Part shown: piece after piece, positions 52,433 to 64,000 of the stretch
How the letters are laid out: each line of letters opens with the position of its first letter
How positions within the stretch are numbered: position 1 is the stretch's first letter
Source of the DNA: Octopus vulgaris
Lineage: Eukaryota
Assembly (NCBI GenBank): GCA_951406725.2
Contig: OX597832.1
Location: forward strand, 40,114,001 to 40,178,000
DNA: 64,000 bases
Direction of reading: 5' to 3'
The notes under the pieces: model-generated
What the model was told of the DNA's origin: nothing
Database searches by the model: none
Seen by the model: the letters and a program-made list of their open reading frames with translations, nothing else
Position numbers and translations under genes: made by a program

Positions 52433-53100
52433 GTTCCTTCGCTAGCAGAACCTTGAAGGTTCACTCTTCCATCCTTTACCTGAAGCAGAACCTTGATAAT
52501 ATTACTTCCCTTGCCATATCACCAACAGAACCTTAAAGATATCATCTCTCTCTCTGTGCCCACCCCTTCACAAACCGAGCCTTGAAAATATACACAGTCT
52601 CTTTCCCTCATCATCAGTCTCGAAGATACACACCCATCTTTCCTTCACCCTTAAATATATATTCTCTAGTCTCTTCTTTCATTGTAAATGATCCCTAAAG
52701 ATATACTTTTACACCTCTCTGTAACAGAATATCATAGGTGATATATTCTCCCATTGCTCTACCATCAAAGCTTTAACCCTTTCGTTAACCAATATCTCTG
52801 ATGAAACACACTACCTTAGTCTTAATTAATTTTCAAGATTGTAAAAAATTTAGTGAAGTAATTTTGTTGTTATTAAACTACTGTTTGAAACATAAATTAG
52901 CCTGAAATTTTGATTGACGGTTTTACTTTAGACCTCTTTAAAACCAGAAGTTTATATCAAAGAACTCAGGCAGTCTCAGCCGTGATGGCCCTTTCCTCCC
53001 TCATCAGCAGAGCTAAAGATATACTCTTCCTTATACTTCTATATTGCATAACTTTGAAAATATACTCTCACTTCCTCATAAGAGACCCATGAAAACAGTC
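52250..53100. repeat. Decayed ~40-50-bp tandem repeat (AGAACCTTGAAGATATACTCT...)
   Basis: Motif recurs more than ten times, interrupted by (CT)n and a MITE fragment. Confidence 0.65.
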
Positions 53101-53972
53101 TCTCCTTTTAAATTTCTTAATAGCATTACTTTTTAAATCTCTTAATAACTCTGTATTTAAATCTCTTAATGAACTCTCTCACGAAATCTCTTAATATACT
53201 ATAATATCTAAATCCTGTGACATATCTACAATTAAGATAGAATGGTAGCTAGAGTATTGACCAATCAATTGCTGCAAATTGATCCAAATGGCATAGTGTA
53301 TATCTGATACCATCTGCATAACATGCTGGTGTTATGTGAATACTATATACATACATATACGTAAATACTATATATATATATATATACATAAGGCGGCGAG
53401 CTGGCAGAAACGTTAGCACACCAGGCAAAATGCTTAGCAGTATTTCGTCTGCCACTACGTTCTGAGTTCAAATTCTGCCGAGGTCGACTTTGCCTTTCAT
53501 CATTATGAGGTTGATTAAATAAGTACCAGTTACGCAATGGGGTCGATATAATCAACTTAATCCCTTTCTCTCTCCTTGTTTGTCCCCTGTGTGTTTAACC
53601 CCTTGTGGGCAGTAAAGAAATAAGAACAAGTACCACACTTCAAGGCAGTGCCCCAGCATGGCTGCAGTCTAATGACTGAAACAAGTATAAAAGATAAGAT
53701 GAAAGATACCCATGCCAATTCTGCATCATCATCATCACATTTTAACACTTTTGGTGCCAACCAGGCCTGAAACTGCCCCTGCTTCTAAAATACAAACTTC
53801 CTGTATAAAACTAGTCTAAATTAAAACCTTCCTTCTATCAAAATTTTATGTTGACTCATGTCCCAATTAACGGGTTAATTAGTGACAGTTATTTTACTAA
53901 ATGCTTAATTATTTTCAAAATTAACTGGAACAAAAGCTGCATATTTCAAGAGAAATAGAGTAAGAAAACAAA

Positions 53973-54006
<34 letters not shown>

Positions 54007-57000
54007 TAACCTTAGCACAGCAAGCAGACATTGAATATCTGAAAGTTTCCTGGACTTTTTCATTCTTCTTATATGGAAAAGGTCAAACTTATTAGTGTTT
54101 CTTTTTTTATTTTTCAAACAAACAAATAGTAATAATAATATCTGTAAAACCATTTTCTGTGACTTTTGGAGTTCTTTTTATTTCTTTTTCTTTTTCTTGC
54201 TTTATGGCATTCCTTCTGGTAAGTTAAACACACCAAAGCAGGTCAGCAAATGGCAACATGAGATGAGAGTTCCTTACTCATTACCATTTGTAGAATCAAG
54301 TTGGCATTTCTTATTACCAAAATATAAACCACAAGACAAATGAATCAGATCTTAGATTAAAATGTGACATGCTGTTGGTGGGCAAAACGGTTGGAAAGAA
54401 ATCATTGGATTTTCTGGTCTCTCCAGCCTTTGGCACCACCTTGGAAACTGACAATCATCTAAAATCTATCTGCCCTCCATCTTATTGACAGGGAACACAG
54501 CAAGGAGATCATAATGATTTGTGAATGTCAATGTGACCCCTTAAAAAAGTGTAAGCTTCTTGTTATTCTGTTAGCCTCAGCTTAATTCTCTGAAGCTGCA
54601 GTGAGTATTAACATCAGGTTTGGTTTTCAAATGTGTTGGCTTAGAATAACTAATGTTGATGGAATTCAGAGCCAATGTAATTATTTCTAATCTGTTAGCT
54701 GCCAGCTTTTAGTTACCATTCTATGATTAACTTTCGTTATTAGTAATGATTTTTTCATGGTTTTCTTTTTCAATTAGATTCTTTGGTTAATTTGTGTAAC
54801 GATGTTTCTGTAAGGAGGTTTTAGTTTTCAAAGATTGATGGACAGTTAATTTTTGATCTGTTGGAATTGTCATTACTTCATAGCATTTTATATTGGCTTT
54901 CCATGAATAACATTGCAGGTTTCTTTTCTGGTTCCTACCCTTCTTTACTGTTAGGAATTTTGAGAAAATATGTAAAAGCACCCACTACACTGTCGGAGTG
55001 GTTGGCATTAGGAAGGGCATCCAGCTGTAGAAACTTTGCCAGATCAGATTGGAGCCTGGCGCATCCTTCTGGCTCATCAGTCCTCAATCAAACCGTCCAA
55101 CCCATGCTAGCATGGAAAATGGACGTTAAACAATGATGATGATGATGTGTTTCCTTTTTAGCTGGAAGGTTCTTCTCATATTTGATGCCAATCTGCAATC
55201 AAACCCCCTGATTAATGACTTTTGTTAAGTGAAGGACTTCAGTTATGTGTAATGGGGTGGATTTTTGGTTCTGGTGAATGACACACAGTTTGACAAGAAC
55301 TGTATTTACTAATGGCTGTCGTTTATTTCATTGATTTGCAAATGGTGTAGAATACAGATGTGATCTGTGGATGGTGTATGGCTTGGAGGTTGAACATCCA
55401 GACCTGTGATAGATTAAATTCTTGGTTGTAATGTCGATGGAGTATTGCATGGTTTTGAATTTTAGCATTGGTGCTGAGCCCAAAATTTTTGGAAGAGGGA
55501 AGAATTGATTAAATCAACCTCAGTATATTACAGTCACTTGATATATTGAAACTGCAAGGATGAAAAGCAAACATGTTTCTGTTGGAATTTGAACTATTGA
55601 GAAAACTAAATATTGCAATAATAATAATTGTCTCTAAGAAACACAAGGCCTGACATTTGGGGAGCGGCAGACTGGTCAGCTATTTCAATTACAGTATTTT
55701 ACTGGTACTTTACATCTACCTTTGAGCTGCTGGTCTTGTGCCGAAAACGAGAAAGAAATATAAAAATAATAATAATAATAATAATAATTGTTGTTGATGA
55801 TGATGATGACCTCTTGTTTGAACTTACTAGTGAGAAACTTCATAGCTTTCTATAACCGTTCCTTATGTATTTTCCCTGGGATTTGGATATCAGGTGACAA
55901 ATGAAGAAGGGAGATGGAAAAATGTAATTATGATTCCAACTGTTAATTATGGAAGGAAATTAATGTATTAACGAAGACCTATATTGATAGTAATCCCATC
56001 CTTTGAGATCTATTTCATATCTATAGCAACCAGTGACAGGAAGCACAGCATCTTTACCACAATTCCAACTTCATAATGGATGTGCTGGCATGGTTGTGTG
56101 GGTGAGGTTTCGAAGTTTCTTTCACAAATATGTGGTTTCAGGTTCAATCACATTCTAGGACCTTTCGGACAAGTCTCCTCTGCCATATCTTCGAGTCAAC
56201 TAAAGCCTTTTGAGGGAAAATTTGGGTCACAGAAACTGTTGCGAAGACTGTCAAAGAGAGAGAGAGTTCCTTTCCTTGCGTTGTAGACTAAATTCCCTAC
56301 CTGGTTTAAGCCACCACGTCCCCACCTGGCACTTGGATGCTTTCAGTGGAGTGTGCCCTATTGCAAGCATTTAGACCAGTGGTTCTCAATCGAGGTCCAT
56401 GGGACTCCGGGGTGGAGGGGTCCATGCAAGCGAAATAGTAAATTGGATACCATAGGCACAGGCATGGCTGTGTGGTAAGGATCTTGCTTCTCAACCACAT
56501 GGTTCTGAGTTCAGTCCTGCTGCTGGGCACCTTGGACAAGTGTCTTCTGCTAGAGCCTCAGGCCAACCAAAGCCTTTCACTGTTTCTACTTGTCATTCCT
56601 CATCTGTTTGTTATCATCGAGCATACAGCAGACCTTTGATCAAAGGCACTCTAACTAAGTTACTTTACTAAATTCTTTGTTATATTTAAAATAATTGAGA
56701 GAAAAACAGCGCATCTCAAAATATATACAGTAACGAAAGGGTTCATGTGAAAATAAGCTGAATTATGCTATTACCAAATGATACGAAACAAGCGAGTCAC
56801 TTTGGTCTGATATTGTTCTGCAGGAATTTCCTAATATCCTTCAGCTGGACTCTTTACTTTGATTGCCGTCCTCTTTAAGAAACGGCAGCCATTTCGCAGC
56901 AAGTACGTGGAAAGATTTCTCCAAAGTAAAATACAGTGAAATCTTGAAAACATTACTAACAATACTACCATCACTGCAGCCACTACTGCAACTAGCAGTA

Positions 57001-57019
57001 CCAGTTGCACCACAGTTCC

Positions 57020-57050
<31 letters not shown>

Positions 57051-58738
57051 CTACTGCTTTTAATCTGACCCAGAATAAATAAATATATCTAATTATACAT
57101 GAGCAATTTCAGAGCTATGAATTAATACATCAGGGGAAAAGAGTAGAAAGCTTCCACTACACTATTCTGTATAGATTCCATATGATATGCTAAATATAGC
57201 ATTGCGGACTTCAAGACAGGACAGGGTGTGATGTTAGGAGAGTATTTTCCATTATTGACTTGTTATCTCATTATCATTCAGCTATTTCACAATATATACT
57301 AATGAGTCGCTGCTCGTTTGTTGACCCTACCTACTAGTCTCCTCTATGGATACTCCGCCTACTACCATCACCCCAATTGCTTTCTCTGAATTTCTAATTA
57401 ACTCTGGTGTGTGATGTGTAATGTTTGTCCACTGCCCTCCTTTTACTGAAAGCAAAACAAAGCAAAAAAGAAAAACATTCTTGGTCAAGTTTTCATCATA
57501 TATATATAAAAAAAACAACAAAAAAAACACCAACTAAAAAAACTACTAATTGAGAATATTGGTTTCACTCGGTATACCAGTTTTAAAAAGAAACCCAGTG
57601 AGTCTATATGTGTGTGTCACTACTTTACAGCTTGAATAATTGGCAAAAACTGTTTCGGGACCCATATCACTGGAAAACCCTTTTAAACTCTTTGGTAAAG
57701 ATTATCTTCTGGTTTCTAGAAAGGCTTATAAAATTTTACCATAGTTTTCGTGATAATTATCATTGTTGTTATAAGAGCAATGGATCGGTAAAGTTATTAG
57801 AATAATCAGACAAAATGCCTCATATTTCTGATGACTGTTGTTGTAGGTTCTGATTCCAACAAGGTCAACTTGACTTTCCATCCCTATGGGGGTGGGGGTC
57901 AATACAATAAAGTCCCAGACAAGTACTAGAGTGAATGGTATCGACTGACCCTCTCCTTTCAGAAATGCTGGCCTTGTGCCTAAGTTAGAAACGCTTATTA
58001 TTGTTATCATTCAGCTTTTCTTTTCATCTTTCCAGAATCAATAAACTAAATATCAGTCGATTGTTGGGGAGGAAGGGAGGGCGGGAAATGATTAAATTGA
58101 CCAAACTCTGTCTCCCCATCCTCGGCGCCAGAAAACATTATTATTAGATCTAGTGAAAGTGGTGAGCAGGCGGAATTATTAGCAAGTTAGACAAAATGTT
58201 TAGCAGCATTTCTCTTGGATCTTTTACATTCTGAGTTCCTATGCCACCAAGATCCTCTTTGCCTTTCGTTATTTTGGGGGGTTGATAAGGCGGCAAGCTG
58301 GCAGACTCATTAGCATGCTGGATGAAGTGCTCAGCAGTATTTCACCTGCCGCTACGTTCTGAGCTCAAATTCTGCCTAGGCCAACTTTGCCCTTCATCCT
58401 TTCGGGGTGGATAAAATAAGTACCAGTTAAACACTGGGGTCAATGTAACCGACTCATCCACACCCACCCCCAAGCTGCCCTTGAGGCAAAAAAATTGAAA
58501 TAATTATTTGGGGGATGATAAAATAAATACCAGATGAGCACTGGATTTGATGTAAATGACTAGTTCCCCGCCCCCCCAAACCATTGTTGGTTTTGTTTCA
58601 GAATTTGAAACAATTATTAGATCAACTTGGTCTTTCATCTTTAGGGGTCAATAAAATAAAGGACTAGAGTCAATGTAATTGACTATCTCCCCTCCCCTCC
58701 CCTTCAGTCCTTCTACTTATTTTAGAAACAACTATTTA

Positions 58739-59185
58739 CCATTTAGTATTTAACCCTTTCGTTACCAACCCGGCCAAAACCGGCTCTGGCTCTGTAGTAC
58801 AAATGTCTTGTTTTCATAAGTTCTGAATTAAAATCTTCCACCAAACTTTAGTCACAATTTATGTTCCTAACACTAGCTGAATGATGACTAAGTTATTTTA
58901 CTAAATTCTTTGTTATATTTCAAATTAATTGAAAGAAACACAGAACATCTCAAAGTAAATAGAGTAACAAAAGGGTTAAACTGGCCACATTCAGCCAAAA
59001 TAATTTATCTGTTTTATGATCAAACTGGCCACATCCGGCCTCTCACACTTAACTACAATATTATTCTGAAAACAAACAATCACATCATTGAAATCTCAAA
59101 GCTACTAAGTAAGGCAGGACTAACTTATGAATAAGTGTGAATAAGTGGGCATTAGATTTGACAGAGAAATCTGAATGCTAAATGG
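58739..59185. mobile_element. Outer piggyBac-type MITE
   Basis: TIR CCATTTAGTATT / AATGCTAAATGG, right TTAA, left TTTA; fragments near 27628, 31921, 61040. Confidence 0.7.
58754..58975. mobile_element. piggyBac-type 222-bp MITE nested in another TTAA MITE
   Basis: TTAA|CCCTTTCGTTAC...GTAACAAAAGGG|TTAA; partial relatives near 52775, 53740, 56660. Confidence 0.9.
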
Positions 59186-59330
59186 TTAAAGGCAGTAGAT
59201 TGGTGGAATTGTTATAGAGCATTGGGGAAAATGCTTTACCATATTTATTTCTGGCTCTACAATCTGAGTTCAGATCCTACTGATGTCAACTTTGCTTTCA
59301 TCATTTTCGGAGTGGATAAAACAAAATACC

Positions 59331-59512
59331 TATTTCTTTACTACCCACAAGGGGCTAAACACAGAGAGGACAAACAAGGACAGACATAGGTATTAAGTCG
59401 ATTACATCGACCCCAGTGCGTAACTGGTACTTAGTTTATCGACCCCGAAAGGATGAAAGGCAAAGTCGACCTCAGCGGAATTTGAACTCACAATGTAACG
59501 GCAGATGAAATA
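59331..59512 (-). mobile_element. SINE family A headless body unit inserted into an older related SINE
   Basis: 22-bp perfect TSD GGAGTGGATAAAACAAAATACC at 59309-59330 and 59513-59534. Confidence 0.9.
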
Positions 59513-60034
59513 GGAGTGGATAAAACAAAATACCAGTCTAGTTCTGTGGTCAACTTAATCAACTAAGCCTTCTCCAAAATTTCTGGCCTTGTCCATTTGT
59601 TAGAAACACTTATTATTACTGAGCCGACCTGACCTTTAGTCCTTTTGTGATTGATGGAAGTAAATGGCTGAAAGTTCTGTTTCAGGATATGTCATTCAAT
59701 TTGTCACTCTATTTAAGATGGTAAAGAACAGTTTAAAAAGTTGGTCATTTATATTGTTTTGTCTAAAAAAATCATTGCTTCTCTCTTCTCCCATGTGGTT
59801 CTCCTCATCACCGACTTCCTCTTGCGTTCTAAGAGGACCAGAAGACCAAATAAGTATTGGATTGATATAATCAACCAATCCTCAAACTCCTGAACTTTTA
59901 CCTATATGAGAAGCAGTTATTTTTGATCAACTTTGCCTTTTACTTTTCTGGGTGTCCAGCAGTAGGACAGATCTAATCAAATAATCCTTCCTTCTAAATT
60001 CCTAGCCTAGTGCCTTATATAAGAATCATTGTTG

Positions 60035-60375
60035 TTATTTATTGTTTACGGTTGCGTTTGTATGTCCGTGGACAAGATATCTCAAGAACTGCTAGATGGA
60101 TTCGGATGAAATTTTCAGGGATGTTTGGCATAGTGACTAGCACAAACTGATCAGATTTTGGGATCAATCCGGTACCAGACAAGGATTCTGGATTATTTTT
60201 CTGATTTTTTAAACTTAATTTTTGAAAGTGGTCAGGTTCATTCTTAGTATTCTTGTTTGTGAGAGCAGTCAAGTTTATTTCAGATATTCTCATTTAAAAA
60301 ATCATCTCCAGCTAATCGTTGAGGGAACATTGGTGTTGCCTTGGCAGAGCTTTGCATTCTCTGAGTGCTCTTGTT
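60035..60375 (+). mobile_element. Helentron-associated (HINE/DINE-like) element, 5' end missing
   Basis: GATATCTCAAGAACT..GATGGATT..GATGAAATTT core, 3' GCCTTGGCAGAG then hairpin GCATTC-TCT-GAGTGC, ending in T-rich sequence. Confidence 0.55.
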
Positions 60376-60633
60376 ATTATTGCCTTTGTTATTTTACTTG
60401 GTCTATGCCCCGATTTGTTTTGTATTCCTCATATTGTTCCTAACGTTTTGACACCTTTCTGCTTGACTGGTACTTATTTGATTTGACCCTGAAAGGATGA
60501 ATTCTGTCATGGTCGACTTTGCCTTTCATCCTGTCTGGCTCAGTAAAATAAGTAACAGTTGAGTACTGGGGTTGATGTAATTGACTTATCTCCTCCCAGA
60601 AAATTTCAGGCCTTGTGCCTTTAGTAGAAAGGA

Positions 60634-60698
<65 letters not shown>

Positions 60699-62066
60699 AG
60701 TAAGGTGAGCTGACAGAATTGTTAGCATGTCAGACAGAATGTTTACTGGCATTTCATCCATCTTTAGGTTTTGAGTTCAAATTTCCCCGAGGTCAACTTT
60801 TCCTTTCATCTTTTTGGGGTCAATGTAATCGGCTTACTCCTCCCCGAAATTACTGGCCTTGTACCAAAATTTGAAACCATTATTTTTATTATTATAATTT
60901 AGATTGCTTCTGCCAAATGTAATGCTTATTTATTCACATTGTCCTGAAATGTGCATTATCTCATAGTTTCACAATTTTGATGACATGATGGTATTATTTT
61001 TTAAAAACATTTTATATTTTTTAATTTTTTTCTTATAGAATGACATCATAGGATAGGTGTGAAAGACCAGATTTGGCCAGTTTTCAGATAAAACAGGTAG
61101 CTTATTTGAACCGGATATGGCTAGTATAAATAATGGTGGTGGTTTTAGATTTTGGCATGAGGCTAGTAATTTCAGGGCAGGAGGGAAGTTGATTATATTG
61201 ACCCCAGGGCTCAGCTGGCACTTATTTTATTGACCCCGAAAGGATGAAAGGCAAAGTCCACCTCGGTGAAATTTGAACACAGATCACAGACAGATGAAAT
61301 ACCGCTAAGCATTTTGCCTGGTGTGCTAACAATTCTTTCAGCTCGCCACTTTAAAAATAATAATGATAATTATTATAATAACGATAATGAAATGTTTAAA
61401 AAAAAGCAGGGAGCTGTCAAAAGAGATAGTAACATGGCATTCTTAAAATTAATGTCTGATATTTTGAATTTTAGCCAAATTAAACAAGACATCTGACTGA
61501 TTAAATCATCAGAGAATATGGAAGGAAAGGAGGAGAGAGTGGCATTAAAACTGCAGCTGCTACCATTATTTTCTGCATTTATAGAAACGGTGAATTTGAA
61601 CTGATATTAAAATGTAGTAGTTAAGGGAAACCAGATGCTTTTGTGTTCCAATTTTAGTATATCTAGGAAATAGACATATAAATAACACCAAGACTGTGAA
61701 GACTGGAATGGTTTCTATTTTAGTGCCATGGAGTTAAGTAATTGTCCAGGGGCAGTAAAATTCTTTAACTCTTGTATTTAAACATTCATCATGATTATTT
61801 AAGAAATTGCTTCAGTTTTTGTTTTTTTTAAATTTTATTTTGTCGTAATACTAAGATGTTACATCTACTTAACATCAAGCCAATGAGGGAATTTCTGTGT
61901 GGCCTCTCAACTTGCTGGAAATAACAGCTAAATCTCTCTGCGATCACACTGAACAGTTATAAAAAAAAAATTAGAGAACACTTAAATTTGAATTATACAA
62001 AGATGGGATTTTCACAATTAGGAACACCTCTATGAGACATAATTGGTCCGGCTGTTAGTTATCACT

Positions 62067-62139
<73 letters not shown>

Positions 62140-63119
62140 CAAAGAAATCAGCTATGGTTTGACCTGGGGAGAGATGGACTCCTCTAATATAATGCCCTGT
62201 GCTACAATGACATCAAGAATTGAAAACCCAAGAGAGGAAGATGTATAGATGTATGTATGTATGTATGTAAGTATGTATGTAGGTAGGTAGGTAGGTAGGT
62301 AGGCAGAGAGGCAGATGGAAAAGTAGGTGAAGATGTAGAAAGGACAGTGGGCAATGCTCAGAGCAGTGTTCCCGTAACTACTTGGTAACACACACCATAT
62401 TGTCAGCTGACATTTATTAGAAATATTTCCTCACAATAAACAAATTGGAGATTGATTTTTTTTCTATATGCCTTCCATCTTCAATGGCTGTTTTTCCCCT
62501 CCCTTCCTATTATCCCTCATCTGACTCATATATTGTTATTTTAAATGGCATCCCAGATTGTGTCAGGCTTAGCTAGCTTAAAACCTTACTGAGAAACTAT
62601 GCCACATGGTTTCTCTTGGAACCACTAGGTAGGCTTCACTCACTGCTCCTGAATTCATTCATTTATTTTAAGTTTCGTGACCTTTTTACTCTCACATATT
62701 TAATCTGGTTAAAGGAACCTCACCATATTTTACAGATCTATTGTCTACAGCCACCCACTGTGAGACATGTTTGTACAATTGATTGGTTAAATAAAGGTCA
62801 GGATATCTAAGATGCTGTGGACATCATCTGTTGGATGTTGTCATGGGGAAATAGATCTAGCAGTGTGGCTGAACTGTTGACAGATATTCTTTTCTACTCT
62901 AAGCATGAGGCCTGAAATTTGGAGTGTGTGAGGCAGTTGATTAGATCAACCCCAGTGTGCAACTGGTACTTAATTTATCGACCTCCCCCCAAAAGGATGA
63001 AAGGCAAAGTCGACCTCAGCGGAATAACTATTGGTAGATATTAAGAGCTGACTGTAGTAGTTGTGGTGGTGGTGGTGGCTGCCTCCTCCTCCTGTATAGT
63101 TGTTGCTTTTATCATTATA

Positions 63120-63473
63120 TCCGAACGTGGCCATAGCCAGCACCGCATCGACTGGCCTCTGTGCTGGTGGCACGTAACAAACACCATCCGATCGTGGCCG
63201 TTGCCAGCCTCGCCTGGCCTCCGTGCTGGTGGCACGTAACAAACACCATCCGAGCGTGGCCGTTCGCCAGCCTCATCTGGCACCTGTGCCGGTGGCACAT
63301 AAAAAGCACCCACTACACTCACAGAGTGGTTGGCGTTAGGAAGGGCAACCAGCTGTAGAAACACCGCCAGATCAGACTGGAGCTTGGTGCAGCCTCCTGG
63401 CTTCCCAGACCCCAGTTGAACTGTCCAACCCATGCTAGCATGGAAAACAGACGTTAAATGATGATGATGATGA
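63120..63473 (+). mobile_element. Family C, 5'-truncated
   Basis: Tandem units plus conserved block and (TGA)n. Confidence 0.85.
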
Positions 63474-63811
63474 TCATTGTTGTTGTTCTAATTATTGTCA
63501 TCATCTGATGACAGCAGCAGTGTCATTGCTGTCATCTTTATCATTCCTGTTACCATTGCCAACATTTTCATCATTGTTGGTGAGGTTGTCATCAGCATCA
63601 TTTCTATTGTTGTTGTCATTGTCTCTCCTTTCCTGTTAATATTCTCATTACTGTTGTCATCGTCATCATCATCATCATCATCATTACCATTGTCATTGCC
63701 TTGCTATCATCATCGTCATATCACTTTAAGATGTATTGTTCCATGCTTATGTGGGTTTCACAGGTTTACAATTTTTTTCTAATTGTATTTAATTACAGTA
63801 TTACAGTAATT

Positions 63812-64000
63812 GTGGAGGCGCAATGGCCCAGTGGTTAGGGCAGCGGACTCGCGGTCGCAGGATCGCGGTTTCGATTCCCAGACTGGACGTTGTGAGTGTT
63901 TATTGAGCGAAAACACTTAAAAGCTCCACGAGGCTCCGGCAGGGGGTGGTGATCCCTGCTGTACTCTTTCACCACTCTTTCTTCTGTTGGCCTGCTCGCT
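63812..64000 (+). mobile_element. tRNA-derived SINE family D, cut by window end
   Basis: Intact tRNA-like head with A/B boxes. Confidence 0.85.

Noticed and set aside
63812-63890. tRNA gene-like sequence (also 15654, 1073, 48152)
   Set aside because: Continues into multi-copy SINE bodies; these are SINE heads

Overview
AT-rich, repeat-saturated eukaryotic (animal) genomic DNA. The SINE families and microsatellite load look like an Octopus (coleoid cephalopod) genome; this is recognition, not a database result. The only well-supported host coding sequence is a 56-nt first coding exon at 24203-24258 (+), MSDDPEKPPAPPLRLASN(R), the Nck-binding N-terminus of a group I p21-activated kinase (PAK). 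The window therefore appears to be mostly large introns of a pak gene; no CRIB or kinase exon is visible. Candidate extra exons are a 17-nt microexon (34186), a 39-nt cassette (36339), and non-coding first exons or promoters near 3.8-4.0 kb and 43.4-44.3 kb. Everything else is mobile DNA and simple repeats: at least four SINE families, CR1 and RTE LINE 3' fragments (some with TSDs), two Helitrons, a Helentron-like piece, and piggyBac- and Tc1-type MITEs. Almost all ORFs in the supplied track are microsatellite or SINE artefacts. The most notable observations are a minimal Penelope-type hammerhead ribozyme (41042-41119) and a SINE whose 3' end matches both its target sites and one of its own internal sites, giving head-body-body dimers. 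Repeat boundaries were read by eye and are approximate unless a TSD or TIR is cited.
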